Shown here in pieces: positions 40,818 to 50,592 of a stretch of 64,000 nt of DNA. This DNA is from an uncultured virus (IMG/VR IMGVR_UViG_3300027708_002678) (taxonomy: Duplodnaviria; Heunggongvirae; Uroviricota; Caudoviricetes): IMG/VR virus record IMGVR_UViG_3300027708_002678; one strand, given 5' to 3'. The translations under genes were made by a program, and so were the position numbers. The stretch's first letter is position 1; the number at the start of each line of letters is the position of its first letter. Below the pieces are notes generated by a model. The model was not told the DNA's origin and ran no database searches. It worked only from the letters and a program-made list of their open reading frames with translations.

Positions 40818-40839
40818 GTTAAATATTTTAAGATTTTGA

Positions 40840-42687
40840 TTATCTCAATTCTCTTAAATCGAATGTTCTAACACCATCAACAGTAATTCTTCCGTAAAAG
40901 CGATTGTTGACCATCTTCTTAGCGTAACGGGTCATAATACCTTTTATCGGTGTAAAGTTGAATGGGTTGTACATTGTTGGAGTTAATTGTAACGGTACAT
41001 ACGGTGCGTAGATGTATCCTGTGTCTAACAATGATGTTCCTTTGTGTCCTACTAACACTGTGTTAGCTGGGAAGTAAGGGTCACGGTAAACTTGGTAACG
41101 TCCTGCTAATGTTCCAACTCTCTCAATACCCATATTGTATTGGTCTTGCTCAGGAGACGCGTTAGATACGTGGAAGTATTCTAAATCGTCAAAGATAGCA
41201 GAGATTTCAGAAGAAACCACAATCCAGTTAGCACCACCTCTTAAAGTAGATTTGTGGATTTGAGCTGATAATTGGTTAATCGCTGTGATTAACGTTTGGT
41301 TCCAGTCTTTTTGAGTGTAGTTTGTAGTTGCAGAAATTCTTCTCCATCCGTTGTAATCCCATCTTAAAGTCCAAGCTGCACCTTTACGTAAATCTCTTAA
41401 GATTTCACGGTCGATTTCAGCCGCAACTTGTTCAGATAATAAAGCTGTTAATTCAGCTTCAGCATCGATGTTATGGAAAGCCGCAACGTCTTGAGCTAAC
41501 TCAGGAGACCATTGTGCTCTTAATTTTCTTTCAGTTACAGAAACTGTTACAGAATCTAAGTCGAAAGAAACCTCACCGATTTTATCTTCGAATTCTAATT
41601 CTTCGTAACGTCTGAATACCGCTTTAATGTTAGTTTGACTCGCTGATACACCACTCCAAGTAGCTGCTAATAAAGTAGCTCCTGAGTATCCATCAGGTGT
41701 TGATTGACTACAAGATACACATACAGGTACTTGAGTATCAATTTCTAAGTAAATAGTACCTTGTGCAGAACAGATATTTTTGAATGAACCTCCATTACCA
41801 TCTGATGCCCAAGAAGTTTGACTTGTACTACCATATTGAACAATTCCTTGACCATATTTTTGAGTAACAACTCTAAATAATAAGTTAGTAAATGTATTTG
41901 TTCCTAATTGAGCCGCAACTGCCGCGTTATCAGTATACAATTTAAGACCTGATAAGAATTCTTCAGTATCCATTTCTTGACCCATAGGACCAATTAATTT
42001 TCCATCACCTGTGTTAGAGAAACCTGACATAGCGATTAAGATTTTTCTAAATTCAGTGTTTGCTGTTGTAGTATATGCTGCAGGAATTAACGCTCCATTA
42101 GACCATTGTACTGTAGTACAAGATGCTGTAATAGCTGACCATCTACCTTTAGAATAATCAAATAAACCTTCAGGGTCTAAACCTGGTTCAGTTCCTTCGT
42201 AGAATAAATCATAAAGGTTTTTTTGGTAAGCACCTGTGTCAGTACCATAACCAGCACCCGGATTACCAGGATAGTTACCCGGAGAACCTACCGGTGCGTA
42301 GTGTTGACCTGAATTAGCCTCAATACCATTTGCAGAAGTCGCTCCTGTATATCCTTGAATTTTAGGTACAAAGAAGAATAATTTACCGATTGGTAAATTC
42401 ATTGCTTGTACAGATACGATTTCATTCGCTAATAATTTAGAGAATACTCTTCTTACGATAGGGAAAACAACAGTTTCAAAAGCTCCGTTAGAACCTTCAC
42501 CTGTAGCTTCGTTTATCAAGAAAGACGCTTGGTTCTCATATAACTGAGCTACGTTTTCTCTCATATGTCCTTTAAGACCTTCTAGGAATCCTAATTTATC
42601 CCATTTGTTGATTGTGTCTTCTTTAATAACTTTAAGGTGTTTTAACCCAATGTTACCTACAAGACCTGATTCTAATAATGCTCCCAT
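40840..42687 (-). CDS. Major capsid protein, T4 gp23-like
   Basis: VSVQAMNLP.G, RKLRAQWSPELAQD..AFH.IDAEAEL, EIDREI, YAPYVPL, GIMTRY. Confidence 0.95.
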   Translation of the reverse strand: MGALLESGLVGNIGLKHLKVIKEDTINKWDKLGFLEGLKGHMRENVAQLYENQASFLINEATGEGSNGAFETVVFPIVRRVFSKLLANEIVSVQAMNLPIGKLFFFVPKIQGYTGATSANGIEANSGQHYAPVGSPGNYPGNPGAGYGTDTGAYQKNLYDLFYEGTEPGLDPEGLFDYSKGRWSAITASCTTVQWSNGALIPAAYTTTANTEFRKILIAMSGFSNTGDGKLIGPMGQEMDTEEFLSGLKLYTDNAAVAAQLGTNTFTNLLFRVVTQKYGQGIVQYGSTSQTSWASDGNGGSFKNICSAQGTIYLEIDTQVPVCVSCSQSTPDGYSGATLLAATWSGVSASQTNIKAVFRRYEELEFEDKIGEVSFDLDSVTVSVTERKLRAQWSPELAQDVAAFHNIDAEAELTALLSEQVAAEIDREILRDLRKGAAWTLRWDYNGWRRISATTNYTQKDWNQTLITAINQLSAQIHKSTLRGGANWIVVSSEISAIFDDLEYFHVSNASPEQDQYNMGIERVGTLAGRYQVYRDPYFPANTVLVGHKGTSLLDTGYIYAPYVPLQLTPTMYNPFNFTPIKGIMTRYAKKMVNNRFYGRITVDGVRTFDLRELR

Positions 42688-42722
42688 TTTTTTGGTTTTT
42701 ATTAATTTTAATTTATTTATTT

Positions 42723-44279
42723 TTATTTTATTTTTGTCATTAAATCTTTCATTCTTAAGAACTGTGGATTCTCATATGTTTTAGATTCAATTAAGTTAAC
42801 TGCTCCTGTAGAAGGTGATTTTGCAATTGTTCTCTCGATTGACTCATTCATAGATTGAGTTTTAGTTCCTGCAGATAATTCGTTTTTAACAACTTGATAT
42901 AAATTTTTAGATTCTTTAATAGTTTCAACACTATCAAATCTTCTTAAAATGTTAATTTTTTCTTGTTTTGATGTTGAGTGTTCAGTGAACAAACGTGTAG
43001 CGTAAGCTAAGTTTGAGTTGAATACCGCAACCTCGTTTAATTTACTTCTAAAAACATTAAGTGCTTTTCTGTATTCTTCATTTTTTTCTCTAAGAATTTG
43101 TAATTCTTTGTTTGAAGAACTTTCTTTAATATTCGCATTAAAACTTGAATGAGCAAATGGTTTAGGTAAACCACCTTTTCTGAAATTAGACCCCATACCT
43201 AAAGTACGAACTCCTTCTTTAGTTTCAGATTTTTTCACAATAGGTTTTTTTGTTACTTCTTCTTTAGACTCAACTTTTTTAACCATTTTGTTTTTACCTA
43301 ATTTATTACCAGCGTTTTCACCTTCTTTATATTCAAATTTAGGTTTTCCGGTAAATCTTGTAGGTTTAGCGTGGTCAGCGTGTTTCAACTTTGTTGGAGT
43401 TGCAAAACCATCACCTAAACTTGGATTTTTGTCGTATTTGAATTTAGATGGATTTCCAATGTTTTTACCAACAGGTTTTACAGACATTTTTTTAGATTCA
43501 GATTCGTAGATAGATTCATCCATCTCTTCTTCATCCTCTTCATCATCCATTTCGATTTCATAAACGATTTCATCGTCCATATCATCTTCTTCATCCATTT
43601 CAAAATCTTTGTAGTGTCCATCACGTCTTTTAAAATCGTGGTCATTTCCACCCCATTCTTCGTCTTCGTCGTCCATATCTTCATCATCAGAACTAAACAT
43701 TCTTTCAACAATACTTTCGATAGTTTCACCATCCATATCGTCTTCATCCATATCGTCTTCATCCATTTCTTCCCAAGACTCGTCCATTTCTTCTTCTTCA
43801 CCTTCACCAACAATCATATACTCTTTACCGGTTCCCTCATCTTTTAAGTGAGTGTTTCCTTTGTCGTCTTTTGTAACAACAATGTTATCATCCGGTCCCA
43901 TAAGTTGAAATACTCTAAGTACTTCTTCATCGTCAGCATCAGTTAAGTCGATAGTGTCTTCGTCGTCCATATCTTCTTCGTCGTCACCGTCTTCATCTGA
44001 GTCGTCAGTATCATCAGTATCAATTTCGTCACCGTCATCTTCTGCATCATCACCAAATTTAATATCGGCGATATCCTCAGAACCTTCAGGTCCTTCCATT
44101 TCAACGTCATCAGTTTCAACCTCATCATCTGCTTGTTCAGTTAGAGATTCTTTTACTAGGTCTTTGATTTCTTGTTTCATAGTAGAAGCAAGTATTCCTT
44201 TTGCGTTTTCAGCTACCGCTTCTTCCAAATTTTTCATTTGGATGATAGCCTCTTCAACTAAAGATTTTTCTTTTGCCAT
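42723..44279 (-). CDS. Prohead core/scaffold protein (highly acidic)
   Basis: D/E-rich middle and coiled-coil C-terminus; lies between the protease and the MCP. Confidence 0.75.
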   Translation of the reverse strand: MAKEKSLVEEAIIQMKNLEEAVAENAKGILASTMKQEIKDLVKESLTEQADDEVETDDVEMEGPEGSEDIADIKFGDDAEDDGDEIDTDDTDDSDEDGDDEEDMDDEDTIDLTDADDEEVLRVFQLMGPDDNIVVTKDDKGNTHLKDEGTGKEYMIVGEGEEEEMDESWEEMDEDDMDEDDMDGETIESIVERMFSSDDEDMDDEDEEWGGNDHDFKRRDGHYKDFEMDEEDDMDDEIVYEIEMDDEEDEEEMDESIYESESKKMSVKPVGKNIGNPSKFKYDKNPSLGDGFATPTKLKHADHAKPTRFTGKPKFEYKEGENAGNKLGKNKMVKKVESKEEVTKKPIVKKSETKEGVRTLGMGSNFRKGGLPKPFAHSSFNANIKESSSNKELQILREKNEEYRKALNVFRSKLNEVAVFNSNLAYATRLFTEHSTSKQEKINILRRFDSVETIKESKNLYQVVKNELSAGTKTQSMNESIERTIAKSPSTGAVNLIESKTYENPQFLRMKDLMTKIK

Positions 44280-44397
44280 TGTTTTTATATAGTTTTTAAT
44301 ATATAAATATCTCCCAATATGAAAAAAGTTTAAATTAAACTTAAATCACATTAGGTTTTTTATACATTGATAAATATCACCATAAAATAAAAAGCAT

Positions 44398-44425
44398 AAA
44401 AAAAGAGGACATATAGTCCTCTTTT
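44398..44425 (-). terminator. Intrinsic terminator
   Basis: AAAAGAGGAC-atata-GTCCTCTTTT, near-identical to the hairpin at 40790. Confidence 0.8.
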
Positions 44426-44446
44426 ATTTAATAATTAAGATTTTAA

Positions 44447-44656
44447 TTACTCAATAACTTCGTCGATTTTACTTTCAACAATTGATGTGATTCTCCACTC
44501 CATTGTGTAATGTTCAAAAACTTTAGTAACTTTAGCCTCTACATCAGTAGGGTTGTAACCACTTACTAATTTTTCTTCTCTCATTTTTTTAATCTTTCCT
44601 GATTCGTTATCAACTGAATCTAAGGTAACTTTTGCGATAAAATACTTTTCTTCCAT
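44447..44656 (-). CDS. DUF4494-like small protein
   Basis: YFIAKV...SGKIKKMREEKLV...TDVEAKV resembles the Bacteroidota DUF4494 pattern. Confidence 0.55.
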   Translation of the reverse strand: MEEKYFIAKVTLDSVDNESGKIKKMREEKLVSGYNPTDVEAKVTKVFEHYTMEWRITSIVESKIDEVIE

Positions 44657-44670
44657 TTTTTGTTATTTAT

Positions 44671-45396
44671 TTAGTATCCCAAATAATCGTTTAATTTTTT
44701 CATTAAGTCAAGCGATTTGTTTCCGGAATCTCCAACGTGTCTTTCAACACTCATTTTTTTCTCTTCTTCTAAGTTCTCATCGTATAGATGTTTGTCATCT
44801 TTATTTAAGAATAGATATGCTCCCGGAGTTGAAGGTGACGATACTAAGTCAAAACAGATTAATTCAAAATCATCCTGTACTTCATTTTGTTCCCCAATTT
44901 TTTTAAGTGACCCTACACCTCTTGAAGAGATACCTAACGTAACTCCTTGTCTAAGGTAGTTAGCGGCTAAGTCACCTTTGGTTGACACAATCCCTCTTTC
45001 GTGGAATCCCGGTGAAGTAAGTAATTTAATCTTACCCATTAGGACATTACCTTCCCACCATACTTCAGTGATTGCGTGAGATACTCTATCTAAATCGATT
45101 AGAGATGATTCAGGGTGATTTAACTCAGATAGAGCAGTTCCCTTCTTAATCATTTTTTTATAGTTCTCAGCCTCTCTTTTTAATATACGTTCAGGATATG
45201 TTCTACCATTTCTATTTGGGGTGTCATATTTTTGTAATACGGCATAAAATTCAAATGGTTTTGAGTGGTCTAACATTTCGTTAGATTCTCTAATTAAAGT
45301 TTCATTACGAGTATCATTTGGGTTAACATACCCTGCATCGTATTCAACTAATATACCTTTTCCTGATTCGTTCGGTTGTAATATTCTTAAACTCAT
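44671..45396 (-). CDS. Prohead protease, T4 gp21-like
   Basis: NRNGRTYP, ELNHP, SH.I, GISSRGVGS, FDLVSSPS. Confidence 0.92.
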   Translation of the reverse strand: MSLRILQPNESGKGILVEYDAGYVNPNDTRNETLIRESNEMLDHSKPFEFYAVLQKYDTPNRNGRTYPERILKREAENYKKMIKKGTALSELNHPESSLIDLDRVSHAITEVWWEGNVLMGKIKLLTSPGFHERGIVSTKGDLAANYLRQGVTLGISSRGVGSLKKIGEQNEVQDDFELICFDLVSSPSTPGAYLFLNKDDKHLYDENLEEEKKMSVERHVGDSGNKSLDLMKKLNDYLGY

Positions 45397-45419
45397 TTCA
45401 AATGTTTTATTTATAAATA

Positions 45420-45890
45420 TTAAACATTCTCGGTTTGTAACGATTCTTCTATTAATTTGCTCTTTTTGGTTAGATAAAAATTAAAATTTTCATTGTTTAA
45501 AAAATTATCTTTAAAAATTTGATGTGTAATTTGTTGTAACGATTCTTTGATTTCATTTCCTTTAAAATCCATATCTTCTTGGATTAGGTAAAAATTTATT
45601 TCAAGATTCATAAATGATTTTTTATTTACATTTAGTCCGCTGGACCTTAAATCTAAATCTACTATAAATTTTTCATCAAAAATTTTTTTGTTTATTGTCT
45701 CGTAAATTGAGTGTTTGATACTTCTACTTAGGTTAAGGACTGTTCTTGTCCAATTATCACATTCATAAATTGGTTCGACCCAAGTTTGTATGTTTAAGTA
45801 GAGAGATTTGAGTTGGATTGAATCTACCGTTCCATATACAATTTTAGCTGTTTTGAATCCGTGTAGTAGAGAAGTTTTTCCCTTTTTCAT
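45420..45890 (-). CDS. Hypothetical protein
   Basis: 156 aa ORF preceded by a consensus-like promoter. Confidence 0.7.
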   Translation of the reverse strand: MKKGKTSLLHGFKTAKIVYGTVDSIQLKSLYLNIQTWVEPIYECDNWTRTVLNLSRSIKHSIYETINKKIFDEKFIVDLDLRSSGLNVNKKSFMNLEINFYLIQEDMDFKGNEIKESLQQITHQIFKDNFLNNENFNFYLTKKSKLIEESLQTENV

Positions 45891-45922
45891 TAAATTTCAT
45901 ATTTTCCCGTTTATTTTTTAAA

Positions 45923-45951
45923 ATAATAGGGATTTTTATGTGTAATGTCAA
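45923..45951 (-). promoter_or_regulatory. Sigma70-like promoter
   Basis: Minus strand reads TTGACA-N17-TATTAT upstream of 45890. Confidence 0.55.
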
Positions 45952-45962
45952 AACTTTTTTGT

Positions 45963-45968
45963 AGGAGG
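45963..45968 (+). promoter_or_regulatory. Shine-Dalgarno sequence of the bS21 gene
   Basis: AGGAGG 7 nt before ATG 45976. Confidence 0.6.
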
Positions 45969-45975
45969 AAGATAT

Positions 45976-46179
45976 ATGTATTATATGATAATAGTAAAAC
46001 TAAATAACAACGTAACGATTGAAAAGGCTTTAAAACTTTATAAAAGTAAAGTTATTAAGACTCGTCAAAGTGGGGAACTTTTTAAAAGAAAGGAATTTGT
46101 TAAGAAGTCTGTTATTAAGAGAAATGAACTTTCTAAGGCTAAGTATGTCCAAAAAAAGTTCAATTCTGATAATGATTAA
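45976..46179 (+). CDS. rpsU: Ribosomal protein bS21 (phage-encoded), antisense to the head genes
   Basis: IIVK...IEKALK.YK.K..KT....EL..RKEFVKKSV.KR....KAKY is the Bacteroidota bS21 pattern. Start is 45976 or 45985. Confidence 0.88.
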   Translation: MYYMIIVKLNNNVTIEKALKLYKSKVIKTRQSGELFKRKEFVKKSVIKRNELSKAKYVQKKFNSDND

Positions 46180-46895
46180 AGATTCTCTTTAAGATTCTTA
46201 AGTTTGAAGTACGTAAGTTTATCGTATTTTTCAGAAATCACTTTTGAAATAGTTTCATCAATTCTTGTTTGCATTGATTTATCAGTGCTAGCATCTTTCA
46301 TTTCCGTTAGTTTCGTAACCACGCTTTCTTTGATTGTATTATATTTTTCATTCAATGTTGAATCGTCTTCTGATAACAAATCAATTAATTCTTTTTTATC
46401 CGATTCATTTAAACCATCAATATAACTTTTGATAGTTTTGTTTGCAACACTTACCATAGTTGATAATGGTAGGTCAATTCCTTCAGTTTTTGTGATTGGT
46501 AATTTTTTAAGAGATTCTGAAATAACTTTTCTACTTTTGATTTTAGATTCAATAGTTAAAACATCGTTAGAGAATAACGTATCAATATCTGTATAGTTAT
46601 TTTCAACATTTTTATTTCCAACCCAAGCAACGATTTTGTTGATATCCGATTGTTTTATTTTGTTTACAGTATTCTCGTAAAGTTTAATACTCTCATTGAT
46701 ATAATCGTTACAGTAAGATTCACTTAATGATTTTGGAGAACCCAATTCATCGTATAAGTAAAACAACTTGCAAATGTTTTTATTTTCAATAACAAGTTTC
46801 TTAAATGTTTTTAATTCGTTTTTGAATGTGTCGTTAGCGTATGATTCTAATAACACATTTTCTATTCTTGATTTTAGTAATCCAAAATTTTTCAT
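46176..46895 (-). CDS. Hypothetical head-module protein
   Basis: 239 aa helical ORF between portal and protease; TATTTAT upstream. Confidence 0.7.
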   Translation of the reverse strand: MKNFGLLKSRIENVLLESYANDTFKNELKTFKKLVIENKNICKLFYLYDELGSPKSLSESYCNDYINESIKLYENTVNKIKQSDINKIVAWVGNKNVENNYTDIDTLFSNDVLTIESKIKSRKVISESLKKLPITKTEGIDLPLSTMVSVANKTIKSYIDGLNESDKKELIDLLSEDDSTLNEKYNTIKESVVTKLTEMKDASTDKSMQTRIDETISKVISEKYDKLTYFKLKNLKENL

Positions 46896-46917
46896 ATCTA
46901 ATTTTTATTATAAATAT

Positions 46918-48798
46918 CTAATCTTTTAGAAGTTTACCTAATTGTTCTTCAATATCTCCTAAAGAATTTTTTCCTTTGGATAAATCAATGTATGATTCAT
47001 CTTCGGTTAATGATGCACTCTCAACTAAAATTTTTAAATTATCTCTCTTAAATGACTCAGGAGTTACTTCACCACCCGGTGCTGGTGCCGGAGCTTCAGG
47101 TGCCGGAGCTTCAGGTGCTCCTGCTTCAGGTGCTCCACCCGGTTCAGGTCCACCTAAACTTTCCATTCCTCCTCCGAAGCCTCCTCCTCCACCAGGAGGT
47201 GGTGGTGGGGATGACGGTGCCGCTCCACCTGCAGTTGTACCTGAAGGAGCGTTACCGTATAATTTATCAATATTATCAAAGATTCCCGTATGAGTAATAA
47301 TAGTTGCGGTGTTTGCTAATTCAGCTCCTACAGCCATCTCAATTCTTTGTTGTTGTAAATCAAGTTTAATTTCCTCATCTGAGAATCCTAAAATATGTTT
47401 CTTAGCCCACGATACAGATACCGGAGCGATTCCCGCAATTGCTGCAACACCTTGTTGGTATAACGCAATTTTTTCTTTCCAAAGTTCAATTTTTAATAAA
47501 TCGGCTTGTGATGATGGATTTGTTAACGCTAGTGTAAAGTTTGATAATTCATCTTCAAAACCTAATAGAAATAAATGAATGATTGCAATTTTATTTAATT
47601 CAGCAATCATAGATTTTTGAATTTTATTAATTGTTCTTGCAAAACGAATATCCATTAAAGATAAATTTTTACCATCACCAGCAGTTTCCTCAAAACCTAA
47701 GAACGCTTTTGGAACACGAAGTGCTGTTAATAATTTCTTTTGGATATATTCGATATCGGCAATTTCAGATAAGTTTGTTGCTCCCGGTAATGTATCAATT
47801 GGTGATGCGGCCGCTGGGTCTCTAACAGGAATAAAGTAATCTTGGTCAACGGCCATTTGATTAAATCTCATATCCACATTACCTGTTTTAGAATCCACAA
47901 CTTGGTCTCTTTTAAATTTGTTCGCCACACGTTGTACATACGCTTCAACATCTTTATCATCCATATTCCCAACGAATACTTTGAATACACGTCTTTCAGG
48001 GGCTCTTGATGTTCTATAGATTAACATCGCGTCTTCAGACAACAATAATTGTTTCCAAATACGTCTTGCTTTTTCTAACATAGATGTTCCGTATGGGAGT
48101 TTTCTGTCATCACCTAATAATCTAAAGTGAGCAATCTCCCAAGAGTTGAACTCCATATCTTTGGCTTTCCATTTAAATCTTAGTCCTTTATTTTCCGCAG
48201 GTTCTTCAATATTTGCAGATTTGGCCGCCATACCTCTTTCCAAACGCTCAATTTCAATGTTTGGTAATTGCATACAACCAACAATACCTTTATCAGAATC
48301 CAATTTTAAATAAACAAAGTTATCACCATATTTACAAGTATTTCTTGTCCACATAGTTAAGTTTGTATTGATATCTAATACATTGTTAAATAAATCGGCT
48401 AGTATGGATTTTATTCTTTTTGATTCGGAATAAATTTGTAACATATAACCATTCTCATCAACAGTTGTTGATTCTTCACCATAAATGTCTAACGCCGCTG
48501 ATATTTCAGGGGTATATTCCATTGACTCGTAATCATAGAATGAAGCTAAACGAGTTGGTTCATAATAAACGGCTTGAGTATATAAGTTACTTTCAATTTT
48601 AGTCCATTGATTAGATAAATAAAAAGTTTGTTGAGCTTGTAATTTTTCTCTTTCATATTCGGCTTGAGAAGTAGTTTTTAATAACTCTTTTTTGTCAAGC
48701 TTATATGTTGGGTAGTCTTGATTTAATAGGGAATTTGGACCAAAGGCTCTTGATAACCTCTGCCAAACCGTTAAATCGTTATTTTGATTATTTTCCAT
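46918..48798 (-). CDS. Portal protein, T4 gp20-like
   Basis: PEI..ALDI, EDA.LIYR.SRAPERRVF, DYFIP, IDTLPG, DIEY, AL.VPK; Pro/Gly-rich C-terminal tail. Confidence 0.92.
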   Translation of the reverse strand: MENNQNNDLTVWQRLSRAFGPNSLLNQDYPTYKLDKKELLKTTSQAEYEREKLQAQQTFYLSNQWTKIESNLYTQAVYYEPTRLASFYDYESMEYTPEISAALDIYGEESTTVDENGYMLQIYSESKRIKSILADLFNNVLDINTNLTMWTRNTCKYGDNFVYLKLDSDKGIVGCMQLPNIEIERLERGMAAKSANIEEPAENKGLRFKWKAKDMEFNSWEIAHFRLLGDDRKLPYGTSMLEKARRIWKQLLLSEDAMLIYRTSRAPERRVFKVFVGNMDDKDVEAYVQRVANKFKRDQVVDSKTGNVDMRFNQMAVDQDYFIPVRDPAAASPIDTLPGATNLSEIADIEYIQKKLLTALRVPKAFLGFEETAGDGKNLSLMDIRFARTINKIQKSMIAELNKIAIIHLFLLGFEDELSNFTLALTNPSSQADLLKIELWKEKIALYQQGVAAIAGIAPVSVSWAKKHILGFSDEEIKLDLQQQRIEMAVGAELANTATIITHTGIFDNIDKLYGNAPSGTTAGGAAPSSPPPPPGGGGGFGGGMESLGGPEPGGAPEAGAPEAPAPEAPAPAPGGEVTPESFKRDNLKILVESASLTEDESYIDLSKGKNSLGDIEEQLGKLLKD

Positions 48799-48910
48799 AT
48801 TATAAATTTAATTATATTTTTTCTTATATAAATACTTGATAATTCTACATTCCACTTCCGTCATAATTATCGGTTGTTAATATTTCTAAAATTGTTCCGT
48901 TATAAAAAAG

Positions 48911-50569
48911 TTAATCTTTTATTAATCTCACTGAGAGTCCATTAGCTTTACTAATTACACTACTATTGATATTAGTACTATTATAAGCAATATATCGGTA
49001 ATAAGCGAATGTTAATATAAAGTCTGTTGAACTCCACCATAATCCCTGATTATTAATAAGGTTAAAGGATGTTGTACGTATTCCTCCACCAAACGCTGAA
49101 AATCCGCTAGAATTAGTTGCCTGATTAGGTGTTAACCAATGACAACCACCCGTTTCTTTCATTGCTCCACCAGCAGGACTTATTCCTCCTAAATAATTTA
49201 CAAGAGTTGTCCATTCGGTATCAGAAGGAATGTGATAACCGGTTGGGGCCAACCCTCTTGGGTCAGTTACCGCATACCAATTGTATAATTTTCCGTAAGT
49301 TGTTCCTGTAACCGAATCATTGTTATAGTAACACCAAGCACCTGTGGTTAAATTATTCCAAGTTGTTTGGTCAGTAACTTGAGGAATTACATCACCGTTA
49401 CGATAAGTTGTTACATCTAAATTACATTTTGACCACGTTTGAGTCCCAATTGTTATATCCTGTACCGTACAATTTGGGCACGGATTTAATGTCGGTGTAG
49501 GTGTAGGTGTTTTAGTAAGTGTAGGTGTAGGTGTTTGAGTCGGAGTTAAAGTATTCGTTGGTGTAAGTGTTGGCGTAGGTGTAGGTGTTGGTGTGTTTGT
49601 ATTTGTAGGTGTCATTGTAGGTGTCATTGTAGGTGTAGTACTTGGTGTTGGTGTGTTAGTACTTGTTTGAGTAGGCGTTGGTGTTTGAGTCGGAGTTAAA
49701 GTATTCGTTGGTGTAAGTGTTGGCGTAACCGTAGGAGTAACCGTAGGAGTTGGCGTAGTAGTTGGTGTAGAAGTAATCGTAGGTGTTGGTGTTGGTGTTA
49801 ATGTAGGTGTTATTGTTGGAGTAGGTGTTGGGGTAGGGCAAATAAACGTACCACAAGCAGGAATATCGTCAAAATTTGTTATTATTGTTATTATACCATC
49901 CACAACTGTTACGACATAAAGAGGTGGTGTATATATATCCGGATTTGAGGGGTATGAATTAGGTCCATACACATAATTACCTGTGAATATTTCCGGAATC
50001 CCAAATGAATTGTAAAATTGTGTTCCAACATTAAAACCAATCTTTGAATAATAATAAAACTCAGACCCATTTACTTGGACTAAAGGATTAAAGGCTTTAG
50101 TAAAGTAACATTTTACATCACCAACCCCTAACGAACTAAAATTCCAATTTAGTACCCCGCAAATCGTAGCACTATACGATAAAATCACAATTGAGTATGT
50201 AGGTATAAATGTTGGTGTAATACTTGGTGTTGGTGTTATAGTTTGAGTTGGAGTAAGTGTTGGAGTAAGTGTTGGCGTAATAGTTGGTGTAGGTGTTGGA
50301 GTCGGAGGATTACCTTCACTTATAGAACTAGGTTTAGGAAAATGTTTTGTAATGTTAAGGTTATCTCCATTTTTAACATTAAAAATCCCTTGACCATTCA
50401 CATTAAGTTTTGAGCCCGCAATAATATTACCTGATTTTTTTCTACTAACAAAATCACCCCCCTTAAAATTGTTTTGAACAATTACTTGGTTTGGTTTTGT
50501 TTCTTGTGTTAAATCTAGATTTATACTAACTGGAACTTCAATACTTCTCTTTCTATCTGAGATACCCAT
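48911..50569 (-). CDS. Thr/Pro mucin-like protein with a C-terminal FISUMP (Fibrobacter succinogenes major paralogous) domain
   Basis: Long TPTPT stalks, then IGTQTW...NL...[24 protein letters not shown]...GF.A..GG.R...WWSST...G.SVR.IKD. Confidence 0.8.
   Translation of the reverse strand: MGISDRKRSIEVPVSINLDLTQETKPNQVIVQNNFKGGDFVSRKKSGNIIAGSKLNVNGQGIFNVKNGDNLNITKHFPKPSSISEGNPPTPTPTPTITPTLTPTLTPTQTITPTPSITPTFIPTYSIVILSYSATICGVLNWNFSSLGVGDVKCYFTKAFNPLVQVNGSEFYYYSKIGFNVGTQFYNSFGIPEIFTGNYVYGPNSYPSNPDIYTPPLYVVTVVDGIITIITNFDDIPACGTFICPTPTPTPTITPTLTPTPTPTITSTPTTTPTPTVTPTVTPTLTPTNTLTPTQTPTPTQTSTNTPTPSTTPTMTPTMTPTNTNTPTPTPTPTLTPTNTLTPTQTPTPTLTKTPTPTPTLNPCPNCTVQDITIGTQTWSKCNLDVTTYRNGDVIPQVTDQTTWNNLTTGAWCYYNNDSVTGTTYGKLYNWYAVTDPRGLAPTGYHIPSDTEWTTLVNYLGGISPAGGAMKETGGCHWLTPNQATNSSGFSAFGGGIRTTSFNLINNQGLWWSSTDFILTFAYYRYIAYNSTNINSSVISKANGLSVRLIKD
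49530..49727. repeat. Exact 48 bp direct repeat within the Thr/Pro stalk
   Basis: GGTGTTTGAGTCGGAGTTAAAGTATTCGTTGGTGTAAGTGTTGGCGTA at 49530-49577 and 49680-49727. Confidence 0.85.
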
Positions 50570-50592
50570 TTATTCTTTTTAAATAAATATTA

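Noticed and set aside
43288..44292. Alternative-frame ORFs over the scaffold, portal and clp genes (e.g. 43954-44292, 46976-47293, 58017-58289)
   Set aside because: Shadow ORFs of low-complexity or strongly conserved genes.
48911..49450. FISUMP domain as a diversity-generating retroelement target
   Set aside because: No reverse transcriptase and no template-repeat copy in this window; it cannot be excluded elsewhere in the genome.
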